Shown piece after piece: positions 53,177-62,640 of a DNA stretch of 64,000 bases. Position numbers and translations under genes: made by a program. The notes beneath the pieces are model-generated. The model was not told the origin of the DNA. It made no database searches and worked only from the letters and a program-made list of their open reading frames with translations. The first letter of the stretch is position 1. Every line of letters starts with the position of its first letter. The stretch covers positions 21,589 through 85,588 of the forward strand of contig CAZXSV010000011.1 of the NCBI GenBank assembly GCA_964642735.1. The letters are read 5' to 3'. The stretch comes from an uncultured Acidobacteriota bacterium. Its GTDB lineage: Bacteria > Acidobacteriota > UBA6911.

Positions 53177-53677
53177 TTACCGGCCGCCACGGCCTGCCGA
53201 GTTTCTTGTTTGTGTCTGGTTCGACTGCCGCGACGTCTGGTTGGATCTCTCTCTCGTCCCCTTCGGTTCGCCACCGACGCGGGCCCGAATTTTCTCAGCC
53301 GCCTGGTTCGATCGTCTCAACTGGCTGACGACCGGACCAAGTTTCACCCCATAGTTTTTGCCGATTTCACCCCAGCCTTTGCCGGCTTGAAATTCCTGAA
53401 CCAGCGCGGAAAATTCCTGGCCGGAAGCCTTGGCCAGGGCGTTGGCCGCAAAAATATTACCGCAGCCCAAGCTGGTTTCCTTTTGCTGCGCTTCCAGAGT
53501 TTCAACCGGAATCCCCAGTTGGCCGGACATAGCCCGGAACATTTGCCCATCGCCGATTTGCGACGCTTTCCCATCCAGAAGCCTGACTTGATTTCTTATT
53601 TCCGCCGACTCATCGGAGCAAAACACCGGAACGGCAGTCAATAACAACATAAAAAAAAGTGTGATTGATTTGCGCAT
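53177..53677 (-). CDS. Secreted hypothetical protein with a basic low-complexity tail
   Basis: MRKSITLFFMLLLTAVPVFCSD signal peptide and an Arg/Gln/Ser-rich C-terminus. No family recognised. Confidence 0.5.
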   Translation of the reverse strand: MRKSITLFFMLLLTAVPVFCSDESAEIRNQVRLLDGKASQIGDGQMFRAMSGQLGIPVETLEAQQKETSLGCGNIFAANALAKASGQEFSALVQEFQAGKGWGEIGKNYGVKLGPVVSQLRRSNQAAEKIRARVGGEPKGTRERSNQTSRQSNQTQTRNSAGRGGR

Positions 53678-53957
53678 CTTCTTATCCTCCCTTGAAATTC
53701 CAATTGCTTAAACATACATTTCAGGGATTGGTTCCGGTCGATTCGTGATAGTCGTCACCAATTCATGTGAATAATTCGTATTCTCGTCAGAATGGGGTCG
53801 AAAGGCCATCCAAAAGATTTGAAAATCAGCCAACGTTGGACGAATCCTCTTCGGGAGATGCTTGACTTTGCCCCGCGAGTTGCTCTTGATTTACCTGGAT
53901 TATGCTGTTATTAAACATTCTGAGTATTTCGCTCCTCTGTGATATTTATAAATATTG

Positions 53958-54359
53958 ATGCGCACCGTTGGAACGCCCATGCACTTCGGATTGGAGCGGC
54001 CCAAAATCGATTACAGGGAAACCTATTCGCAGCTTGCAGATGTTTTTCTGTTGTTTTCCAATTCTACTCCCTGGTCGATAGTGCATTCGCTGGGTCGCGG
54101 CAGAATGACGCTTTCGGAAATTTCCAAAAAACTGAAAAGGACGCCGAAAGCGATCATTCCGGATTTAGCGGCCATGCAAAGCAAGAAAATGCTGGTTTCT
54201 TTCTGTAAATCCCGGAAAATCTATTATCGCCTGGCTGACGATCGCATCCTTCAGCCTTTCAACCTTATACATAAAATTTCCCGGAAGAAAGCAAAGCTAG
54301 GCGAAAGCGGAGGTTTCGCCTGCAAGGCCTGCAGGATTTCCCGGAAACAGCGGGCCTGA
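53958..54359 (+). CDS. ArsR/SmtB-like winged-helix transcriptional regulator
   Basis: LFSNSTPWSIVHSLGRGRMTLSEISKKLKRTPKAIIPDLAAMQSKKMLVS...YYRL follows the wHTH pattern. Tentative. Confidence 0.5.
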   Translation: MRTVGTPMHFGLERPKIDYRETYSQLADVFLLFSNSTPWSIVHSLGRGRMTLSEISKKLKRTPKAIIPDLAAMQSKKMLVSFCKSRKIYYRLADDRILQPFNLIHKISRKKAKLGESGGFACKACRISRKQRA

Positions 54360-54410
54360 ACACAGGCGGCATGCTAATCTGGAAATCAAAATGCCGGAGG
54401 AATTCCAATC

Positions 54411-55517
54411 GTGAAACGCTGGACGTTTGTACTTTTCTGCATCCCGATAACCGCCGGAATATTTCTGGATCAAGGCAAAGCAAACGGGAAGGCCGGCGGC
54501 AAGGAGATTTTCCGTTCTGCCTGCGCAGCCTGTCATGGCGCAAACGGCAAAGGCGCTCCCGACAACTTGCGCGCCTTTGAAAAACCGGACACTTTTCCCG
54601 ATTTCACCGACTGCGTCGCCACCGCGCGCGAATCCGACGATTTCTGGGGCGCCATTATACGGAACGGCGGGCCGGGCAGAGGATTTTCGGAAATTATGCC
54701 CTCTTTCCGCGAAGCGCTCAACGACGACGAAATCAACGAAGTCATGAAATACCTGAGAGTATTTTGCCGGGAGCCCGCCTGGCCGCGCGGCGAATTGAAT
54801 TTCCCGCGCCCTCTTGTCTTGGAAAAAGCATTTCCGGAAGACGAAATGGCAATGGACGTGGCTATTAATGCGGAAGGCGACGCGGCCATCAGCAACAAAG
54901 TCGTCTATGAAAAGCGTCTGGGGGCTCGGGGACAGCTCGATGTGGTCGTGCCGTTCAAGTTTCAGAAAGCCGGGGGCGCCGAATGGCAGAATGGGGTGGG
55001 CGACATCGTCGCGGGATACAAGCACGTGTTGATAGGCAATCTCCGGTCCGGCTCCATTCTCAGCGTCGCCGGAGAAACGGTGTTCGCAACCGGAGACGCG
55101 ACACGCAGCATGGGCAAAGGAGTCACGGTGATCGAGGGGTTCGCCAGCTATGGCCAGATCTTGCCCAAAAACGCTTTTCTCCAGTTTCAAACCGGGATTG
55201 AACTGCCGGTGGATGCGGACAGGGCCAATCGGGCGGTGTTTTGGCGTACGGTCGTAGGCAAAAGTTTCGCCAATAAAGGGGATGGACGGCAATGGTCGCC
55301 CATGGTCGAATTTCTGGCGGACAGGGAATTTGCTTCAGGAGAAAGAATCAACTGGGACATCGTTCCGGAGTTTCAGGTGACGCTGAACCGACGTCAGCAC
55401 ATCAGAGCCAATATCGGCTTGCGTCTTCCCCTAAACGATTTCGGACCCAGGCCCACGCAGGTTCTCTTCTACCTGATGTGGGACATGTTTGATGGAGGCC
55501 TGCGCGATGGCTGGTAA
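54411..55517 (+). CDS. Monohaem cytochrome c domain fused to a beta-strand-rich (outer-membrane-barrel-like) domain
   Basis: Signal peptide, CAACH haem motif and the distal IMPSF Met-ligand motif. About 240 aa of alternating-strand sequence (GVGDIVAGYKHVLI...) follows, ending in an aromatic residue (DGW). GTG start after GGAGG. Confidence 0.6.
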   Translation: MKRWTFVLFCIPITAGIFLDQGKANGKAGGKEIFRSACAACHGANGKGAPDNLRAFEKPDTFPDFTDCVATARESDDFWGAIIRNGGPGRGFSEIMPSFREALNDDEINEVMKYLRVFCREPAWPRGELNFPRPLVLEKAFPEDEMAMDVAINAEGDAAISNKVVYEKRLGARGQLDVVVPFKFQKAGGAEWQNGVGDIVAGYKHVLIGNLRSGSILSVAGETVFATGDATRSMGKGVTVIEGFASYGQILPKNAFLQFQTGIELPVDADRANRAVFWRTVVGKSFANKGDGRQWSPMVEFLADREFASGERINWDIVPEFQVTLNRRQHIRANIGLRLPLNDFGPRPTQVLFYLMWDMFDGGLRDGW

Positions 55518-57147
55518 CGATATGCCTGGAACTTTTCGTTTTCGCCGGCTGACGATCCTTGCGGCGATAGGCTTGGCGTTGTTCGTCTACGGCGCCGAGC
55601 CTGCGGACCGATCCGGCGTCCCGCATTTCCAAACGTCCGACCGGTGCGTCGCCTGCCACAACGGCCTCGCCACGCAATCCGGCGAGGATGTTTCGATAGG
55701 ACTGGCCTGGCAGCCAACCATGATGGCCAACTCCGCGCGCGACCCATACTGGCATGCAGGAGTGCGGCGCGAGAGCATCGATCACCCGGAATCGAGGACG
55801 GCAATCGAGGACGAATGCTCAATCTGCCACATGCCTATGGCGCGTTTCGAATCGAAGCTGGACGGCCATGAGGGCGCCGTCTTCGCCCGCCTGGGATTTC
55901 TGCCCGACGACCGCGGCGACATGCTGGCGGCCGATGGAGTCTCCTGTTCGCTGTGCCATCAAATAGCGAAAGAAAAGCTCGGAACGCGAGAAAGTTTTGT
56001 AGGCAATTTCACGATCGGCGGCCCGACGGCGCAGGGCGAACGGCTGGAATTCGGACCCTACGCGACCGACGCCGGGCTCGTCAGAATTATGCGCAGTTCA
56101 ACCGGCGGATTCCGCCCTGAGGAGTCCGCGCACATCCGCGAAAGCGAGCTCTGCGCAACCTGCCACACGCTGATCACCAAAACTCTCGGGCCGGGAGGCA
56201 AAGCAATCGGCGAATTTCCGGAGCAGGTCCCTTACCAGGAATGGCTGCACAGCGACTACCGGGGCGCGCGCAGCTGCCAGTCCTGCCATATGCCCGCGAT
56301 TGGGGAAGAAGTCGCCATCGCCAGCGTGCGCGGCGCGCCGCGCACCGGCGTCGCCCGCCACACGTTCCTGGGCGGCAACTTCTTCATGAATGCCATTCTC
56401 AACCGCCACCGGCACGAACTAAGCGTTGCAGCTTCTCCAGATGAACTCATGGGCAACGCGAACAAAACAAAAGAGCATCTCCAGTCCGAAGCGGCGCGGA
56501 TATCCATTGACAAAATGGAAGAGCGCAACGGGAGGCTGGAAGCTGAAATTTCGATACAAAACCTCGGCGGCCATAAACTGCCGACCGCGTATCCGTCGCG
56601 AAGAGTCTGGCTGCACGTGATCGTCAGGTCCGGGGACAACCGCGTGATATTCGAGTCGGGAGCATTGAGACCGACCGGCGCCATCGCCGGCAACGACAAC
56701 GATGCGGATGCCGATCGATTTGAACCGCATTACACGGAAATACGCAGCGCCGGACAGGTGCAAATCTACGAAGCGATCATGGCCGACAGCAACGGCAGGG
56801 TAACGACCGGGCTGCTGAGCGCCCTCCGCTATGCGAAAGACAACCGGCTTCTCCCGCGGGGATTTGCGAAAAAATCCGCGAATGCGGACATCGCGGCAGC
56901 CGGAAAAGCCCTGGAAGACGACGATTTCGTGGGCGGCGGAGATCGGATTCGATATTCGATTGAAACGGGCGGCGCACGGGGCCCGTTCCTGATTGAGGCG
57001 GAACTGTGTTACCAGTCGATCGGATATCGATGGGCCCTGAATTTAAAGTCCTACGACGCCGACGAAACCCGGCGGTTTGCGGCCTATTATGAAATGGCAT
57101 CCGCTTCTTCGATGCTGGCGCTGGCCCGGGCGCAAAGGCGGCAATGA
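55489..57147 (+). CDS. Pentahaem c-type cytochrome with a large C-terminal non-haem domain
   Basis: Five CxxCH motifs (CVACH, CSICH, CSLCH, CATCH, CQSCH). The start is ambiguous (55489, 55507 or 55522) and overlaps the upstream stop. Confidence 0.8.
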   Translation: MMEACAMAGNDMPGTFRFRRLTILAAIGLALFVYGAEPADRSGVPHFQTSDRCVACHNGLATQSGEDVSIGLAWQPTMMANSARDPYWHAGVRRESIDHPESRTAIEDECSICHMPMARFESKLDGHEGAVFARLGFLPDDRGDMLAADGVSCSLCHQIAKEKLGTRESFVGNFTIGGPTAQGERLEFGPYATDAGLVRIMRSSTGGFRPEESAHIRESELCATCHTLITKTLGPGGKAIGEFPEQVPYQEWLHSDYRGARSCQSCHMPAIGEEVAIASVRGAPRTGVARHTFLGGNFFMNAILNRHRHELSVAASPDELMGNANKTKEHLQSEAARISIDKMEERNGRLEAEISIQNLGGHKLPTAYPSRRVWLHVIVRSGDNRVIFESGALRPTGAIAGNDNDADADRFEPHYTEIRSAGQVQIYEAIMADSNGRVTTGLLSALRYAKDNRLLPRGFAKKSANADIAAAGKALEDDDFVGGGDRIRYSIETGGARGPFLIEAELCYQSIGYRWALNLKSYDADETRRFAAYYEMASASSMLALARAQRRQ

Positions 57148-57399
57148 CGTTCCGCGTGATTGGCGGCAGTCAATTTACGACCTGAGGGAGGCGGATCTCT
57201 CGCCACAAGGGCAATCGCCTCATCCCTGTTCAGGTTCGTCCAAACCAATTCATCGGCTTTTATTGACCTTGCAGGCGGGCGCAGCATCCCGTCGCCGGCG
57301 CCGAAATACTATCCAGCGGCCAAGAAGCCCCTTGAGACGCAGGAACGGATCTTACCCGCGTTCTATTCCGGATTTCTTTCTCCAGCTCCCGCAGCACCT

Positions 57400-60135
57400 C
57401 TAAGAAAGCGATTTGTCCCGCTGCAGCGAGTCGCGGGATCGCGAAGAAAACAGCTTTTCGATTTCGACGGCCAAATAGGCGACAATGCCGACGGCCAGGA
57501 CCTTCAGCCATTGAAGGCCTGTTATAGGGGCTGTGTCAAACCAACGATTCATGACCGGAGTGTAGGTCAACAAAAGCTGCAAAGCAGCCATCGAAAGGGA
57601 TCCGAATATCGCCCATCGATTCGACAAAAAACCGATAGTCCAGGAAGACCGCGTCAGGGAACGGCAGTTGAAAAGGTAAAACAGTTCCGTAAATACGATC
57701 ACGTGAACCACTGCGGTGCGGGCGGCGGCGGCGCTTCCTCCGCTTTCGACGATGTGATCGTGGATCCAGAAGCCGCCCGCCGCCATAATGACGCTGACAA
57801 GAATCAGGCGCGCCACGAGCGCGGGCGTGACGATCGGCTTCCGGGGATCCCGGGGAGGCCGCGTCATGACGCCCTGTTCGGTTGGTTCGAAAGCGAGCAT
57901 CAGCCCCAAAAAAAGCGCGGTAGTCATATTGATCCATAGAATCTGGACGGGGGTGACCGGTAGAACGAGGCCGAGGAAAATGGCCAGCATGATCAGAAGA
58001 CCTTCGCCCAAATTGGTCGGCAAGGTCCAGATGATAAATTTGGCAAGGTTGTCGAAAATCCCGCGCCCTTCTTCAACGGCGGCTTCGATTGTGGCGAAGT
58101 TGTCGTCCGTCAATATCATGTCCGCCGCTTCCCTGGCGACATCGGTGCCTGCAAGGCCCATGGCGATCCCGATATCGGCTTGCTTGAGCGCCGGCGCGTC
58201 GTTCACTCCGTCGCCGGTCATCGCCACAATATGGCCGCGGGATTGCAGAGATTCGACCAGGCGGAGCTTCTGAGAAGGATCGACTCGCGCAAAAACAGCC
58301 GTGCCCTCCACAATGGAAATCAGTTGCTCGTCGGTGAGCTCCGCCAGTTTTTTGCCGGTCAAGGCCTTCGGCAAACCGCCGGCGTCCGCTTCCCCGGACT
58401 GAAGCCCCAGTTCGGCCGCGATCGCAGCGGCCGTCAGCGCGTGGTCGCCCGTAATCATCTTCACCTGGATGCCGGCCGATTGGCAGGCGGCGACGGCTTG
58501 TTTGGATTCGGGGCGAGGCGGATCCATCAGAGCCTGAAGCCCGGTAAAAACCAGCTGTCCTTGCCAGAAATTCGGAGCCAGCGACTTTTGCGTTGAATCG
58601 CACCGGCCTTCGGCGAAAGCGAGCACTCGATATCCCTTCATGGCCAAGGACTCCGCATCCTTCAAGACCGCTTCCGAATTCAGCGGAGCGTTTTCTTCGC
58701 CTTCCGACGCCTGGAAACGGCATAGCTCCACAACTTTTTCAACGGCGCCTTTGACTAAAATGAGATTGTCGTTCGCATCCGCATGGAGCGTCGCCATGTA
58801 TTGACGGTCGGATTCGAAAGGAATCACATCGATTCGAGGCAGGATCCTGAACAACTCCTCCTGCGCCAGACCTCCCTTTTGAGCGGAAACCAGCAGGGCC
58901 GCTTCCGTAGGGTCGCCCTGAACCGCCCAGCGGCCCTCCTGCTCGGCGACGTGAGAATCGTTGCAGAGAGCGCCGGCGATCAGGACTCGATGAACGCCGG
59001 GAGGAATCGCTTCCAGAACGGCGCCGTCCGGTTTTTGAAACCTTCCTTCGGGAGCGTATCCCGACCCGGTGACGCCAAAAAGACCTTCCGCCGCAACGAT
59101 GCGCTGAACGGTCATTTGGTTTTGGGTCATGGTGCCGGTTTTGTCGGAGCAAACGATCGTGGTGCTTCCGAGCGTTTCAACCGCCGGCAGCTTGCGGATG
59201 ATCGCCCGGCGGTGAGCCAGCCGGTTGACCCCGATAGCCAGCGTGATCGTCACCGCGGCGGGCAGCCCTTCAGGAATCATACCGACAGCTAAAGCAACGG
59301 ACGCCATAAACATGTCCAAAGCAGGTTGACGCCGCAAAATTCCAACGACAAAAGTAAGCATGGCCAAGGCGGCGATTATGTAAAGGAGCGCCTGGCTGAA
59401 ATGCGCAATTTTTCGCGTCAGCGGAGTCGCCAGGTCCGCCGCTTCCGAAATCATTGCCGCGATCTGCCCGCTGGCGGTCTGGTTGCCGATCGCAACGACC
59501 ACCCCCCTGCCTTGTCCGTAGGTGACGAGCGTCCCCGCATAAGCCATGTTTCGACGATCTGCGAGAACCGCGTCATGCGGCATGGATTCAACGCCTTTTT
59601 GGACGGGAACCGATTCTCCGGTAAGCGCGGATTCGTCGATTTGAAGGTCGCGGCTTTCGATCAGCCTCATATCTGCGGGCGTTTTGTCGCCCGACTGCAG
59701 AAAAACCACATCTCCCGGGGCAAGTTCGCGCGACGAAATGCGCCGCTTGATCCCGTCCCGCAAGACCGTCGTTTCGGTTTGAACCATTTTTTTGAGGGAT
59801 TCGATCGCCTTTTCCGCTTTGGATTCCTGGAGGAATCCCACCACTGCGTTGACAAGCACGACGCCGAAAATCACCGCCGCATCGACATAATGAGCCATCG
59901 CCGCGGTCACCGCAGCCGCAAGGACCAGCAGGTAGACAAGCGGTTGGGCGAATTGTTTGAAAAACGCCCGCAGGGCGCTTCGCTCTTTCTTTGCCGTCAG
60001 TTCGTTGGGGCCGAAGCGTTCCTGGCGGTGTTTGGCTTCAAACATGGAGAGCCCTTTTTCGCCGTTTGAATCCAACAGGTCGACAGCTTCGGACGCGCTC
60101 AAGTGATGCCAGTGTTTTCCTATGATCTTTTCCAT
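57400..60135 (-). CDS. Cation-transporting P-type ATPase (type II, Ca2+/Mg2+/Mn2+-like)
   Basis: CSDKTGTMT phosphorylation site, TGES, MITGDH, MTGDGVNDAPAL and 10 TM segments. I prefer the ATG at 60135 (MEKIIGKHWHHL). Confidence 0.9.
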   Translation of the reverse strand: MEKIIGKHWHHLSASEAVDLLDSNGEKGLSMFEAKHRQERFGPNELTAKKERSALRAFFKQFAQPLVYLLVLAAAVTAAMAHYVDAAVIFGVVLVNAVVGFLQESKAEKAIESLKKMVQTETTVLRDGIKRRISSRELAPGDVVFLQSGDKTPADMRLIESRDLQIDESALTGESVPVQKGVESMPHDAVLADRRNMAYAGTLVTYGQGRGVVVAIGNQTASGQIAAMISEAADLATPLTRKIAHFSQALLYIIAALAMLTFVVGILRRQPALDMFMASVALAVGMIPEGLPAAVTITLAIGVNRLAHRRAIIRKLPAVETLGSTTIVCSDKTGTMTQNQMTVQRIVAAEGLFGVTGSGYAPEGRFQKPDGAVLEAIPPGVHRVLIAGALCNDSHVAEQEGRWAVQGDPTEAALLVSAQKGGLAQEELFRILPRIDVIPFESDRQYMATLHADANDNLILVKGAVEKVVELCRFQASEGEENAPLNSEAVLKDAESLAMKGYRVLAFAEGRCDSTQKSLAPNFWQGQLVFTGLQALMDPPRPESKQAVAACQSAGIQVKMITGDHALTAAAIAAELGLQSGEADAGGLPKALTGKKLAELTDEQLISIVEGTAVFARVDPSQKLRLVESLQSRGHIVAMTGDGVNDAPALKQADIGIAMGLAGTDVAREAADMILTDDNFATIEAAVEEGRGIFDNLAKFIIWTLPTNLGEGLLIMLAIFLGLVLPVTPVQILWINMTTALFLGLMLAFEPTEQGVMTRPPRDPRKPIVTPALVARLILVSVIMAAGGFWIHDHIVESGGSAAAARTAVVHVIVFTELFYLFNCRSLTRSSWTIGFLSNRWAIFGSLSMAALQLLLTYTPVMNRWFDTAPITGLQWLKVLAVGIVAYLAVEIEKLFSSRSRDSLQRDKSLS

Positions 60136-60489
60136 GCCAAGTGGCCTCCTTTCAATTTTCAGGGCTTTCCCCGAAGCGGGCGGTCTTATCGACCCTCGCG
60201 GCAAGCATTGGCTGCGACCTGCGCCATAGAATAGGCCGAAACGCTGCGGCTCCCGGAGCTTTCATGAAAATCAGCAGCCGGAGGACGCGTTCATTTTTCT
60301 CCGATACGAGTGCCGTTCCGCGACGATTCCGATCCCAAGGAGCCGTCGCCTCTGGATTTTCCCGCATCTGTGGTTCACTGCAGCGGCAGGGCCGGTCGGA
60401 ATTGCGCAGCCCGAGGCCGTGGGTCGACTGTCGCCGATGCTGCACTTCATCAGGATTGAACCTCGATCCTGCCGGCAATTTCGGGCGAT

Positions 60490-60951
60490 CTACGGATGCC
60501 CGGATGCGCTGTCATCCTTTTCCAGCCGGCGAAAACGGTCATGAAACGCGCGGGAAATCAAATAATATCCCAGCGACAGACTGAGGATGATCAACCCGAT
60601 CGCGAAAAGAGACGCCGCATCCATGGTTTTAATATCCAGGATGATGACCTTGCGCGCAATCGCAATGAGCGCGACGACCATCACTATTTCCACATGGACG
60701 GCATGCTCGATCAGGTAGGCTTTGATTGTCTCCAGGAGCTCCAATCCCAACAAGACCAGAAGGAACATGCCGAAGATGTCCAGAATTTCGTCAATCCCCA
60801 ACATGTGCCGTGGATGCATCGCGACATCCCGGATCAACTGGAACGCCAATTCGATGGTCGCCAGCGCGACGGTCAGCACCATTAAACCGACAAGAAAAAT
60901 GACGACTCCTTTTTCAAATCTGTCCAGGGCAGCCAAAACCCGATGGGTCAT
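60490..60951 (-). CDS. PsiE-like small membrane protein
   Basis: Four hydrophobic helices with VVALIAIARKVIILD typical of the PsiE family. I prefer the ATG at 60951. Confidence 0.55.
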   Translation of the reverse strand: MTHRVLAALDRFEKGVVIFLVGLMVLTVALATIELAFQLIRDVAMHPRHMLGIDEILDIFGMFLLVLLGLELLETIKAYLIEHAVHVEIVMVVALIAIARKVIILDIKTMDAASLFAIGLIILSLSLGYYLISRAFHDRFRRLEKDDSASGHP

Positions 60952-61119
60952 CAAAAACTCCTTTTTTTTTCTGCAAAGCCTTAAATCCGGATAATTCATG
61001 CAGCTTTGCACTCGAGGCGGCGCAACAGAATCTTACACCGCATTATTCATAAAGGTTAATGAACAATCCGAGTTAAACCTATGGCATAATTGAAAAAAAA
61101 TTTAAAGAGAGACAATTCC

Positions 61120-62529
61120 ATGAACGAGCGCCATCGGACCAAGATTGTCGCCACTCTGGGACCCGCGACCGACAGTCCTCGAGTGCTTCGCCAGTGCATC
61201 GCCGCGGGCATGGACATCGCGCGGCTGAATGCGGCGCATGGAACGGAAGAAGAAAAGGCGCGCCGAGTCGAGGCTTTGCGGAAGGCGGCGGAGAATCTCG
61301 ACATCCCGATCGGAGTTCTGGTGGATTTGCCGGGGCCCAAGTTCAGGCTGGGAGACCTGCCCGGCGGCCAGCGGGAACTGGTCCGGGGAGAATCGCTGCG
61401 TCTGGCGCCATCCGAAAGCTTTCCCCCAGGATCGCTTCCCGTCCGCGATCCCAGGATCCTGCATTCGGTTGAGCCCGGCCACCTGCTCCATTTGGCGGAC
61501 GGCACCGTCACACTCCGGGTCGTCAAGCGCGCAAGCGCCTTCGTTGAAAGCCGGGTGATCGTCGGCGGCGTTGTCCGTTCCGGATCCGGGATCAATATTC
61601 CAGACACAGAAATGAATATCCGAATCCCCACGCCCTCCGATCTCCGCGGAATCGCTTTTGCCGCCGCGCAAAAAGCGGAATGGGCCGGCGTTTCGTTTGT
61701 CCGGACGGCGCAGGACATTTCAAACGTCCGCCGCGCTTTTTCCAGGCATGGCCATATCCCCCGAATCATCGCCAAGATCGAAAAGAAACAGGCGTTGGCC
61801 AACCTGGACGCCCTTCTAAAGGAGGCCGACGGCATAATGGTGGCACGCGGCGATCTCGGGGTTGAGACTCCGCTGGCCCAGGTACCTATCGTTCAGAAGA
61901 GAATTATTGCCCGCGCCAATGAAATCGGCAAACCGGCAATCACCGCGACTCAAATGCTCGAATCCATGACACTCCACCGGTGGCCGACCCGGGCTGAAGT
62001 GGCAGACATCGCCAACGCAGTTCTGGACGGCTCGGATGCCGTGATGCTTTCGGCCGAAACTGCCATCGGGCGGCATCCCGCGGAAGCGATTCGCATGATG
62101 GGTTCGGTGCTGGCGGCCGCCGAAGAAGTCTATCCTTTCCAGACCGTCATCGACACCCGCTCCCAGAAGCCCAAACCTTCGCCCGAGGACGCCATCAGCC
62201 GCTCGGCCTGCCGGCTGGCATGGGACGCCGGCGCCAAAGCCATCGTCATTTCATCCTCATCCGCCGCGCTTCCGTATGGCGTTTCCCGCTTCCGGCCGTC
62301 CGTGCCGATTGTCGTTTCCACGAACGACCGTACGATCGCTCGCCAACTCTCTTTAAGCTGGGGCGTGCAACCTGTCTTTTCCACCCGCCCCTCCGAATCC
62401 CTGGAATCGCCACGCCGCTGGCTCCTGGAAAATCGGCTGGCTCGCCGCGGCGACTGCTTTGTTTGGATTCGCTCCGGGAAGGAACCGGCGGGGGAAGAGG
62501 GCTACTCGATTCAACTGGCTTCCCTCTAG
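61120..62529 (+). CDS. pyk: Pyruvate kinase
   Basis: RTKIVATLGPA, IARLNAAHG, IIAKIEK, MVARGDLGVE and ATQMLESM. Confidence 0.9.
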   Translation: MNERHRTKIVATLGPATDSPRVLRQCIAAGMDIARLNAAHGTEEEKARRVEALRKAAENLDIPIGVLVDLPGPKFRLGDLPGGQRELVRGESLRLAPSESFPPGSLPVRDPRILHSVEPGHLLHLADGTVTLRVVKRASAFVESRVIVGGVVRSGSGINIPDTEMNIRIPTPSDLRGIAFAAAQKAEWAGVSFVRTAQDISNVRRAFSRHGHIPRIIAKIEKKQALANLDALLKEADGIMVARGDLGVETPLAQVPIVQKRIIARANEIGKPAITATQMLESMTLHRWPTRAEVADIANAVLDGSDAVMLSAETAIGRHPAEAIRMMGSVLAAAEEVYPFQTVIDTRSQKPKPSPEDAISRSACRLAWDAGAKAIVISSSSAALPYGVSRFRPSVPIVVSTNDRTIARQLSLSWGVQPVFSTRPSESLESPRRWLLENRLARRGDCFVWIRSGKEPAGEEGYSIQLASL

Positions 62530-62640
62530 CTAAGATCGCCGCCTCGATCGGACGCCGAAGATCCATGCCGATAAAATTTCGATTTGACGAATCTCCGCCG
62601 GAGAAATAAATATAAGAATGGATCGTCTGCGGGAGGCCCC

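Noticed and set aside
54380-54394. TGGAAATCAAAATGC, a -24/-12-like match with correct GG-N10-GC spacing just upstream of the cytochrome c::barrel gene
   Set aside because: The GC of the -12 box is only 17 nt from the GTG start. The predicted transcription start would then fall downstream of the GGAGG ribosome-binding site at 54396-54400, which is incompatible with translating this gene.
54297-55292. 331-aa minus-strand ORF
   Set aside because: It is antisense to the cytochrome c::barrel gene, which has a signal peptide and a haem motif.
60136-60489. A 354-nt leader upstream of the P-type ATPase, examined for a metal riboswitch (yybP-ykoY or Mg-box type) or a sigma-54 promoter
   Set aside because: I found no recognisable conserved core and no correctly spaced -24/-12 element.
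61056-61835. 259-aa minus-strand ORF
   Set aside because: It is antisense to pyruvate kinase.
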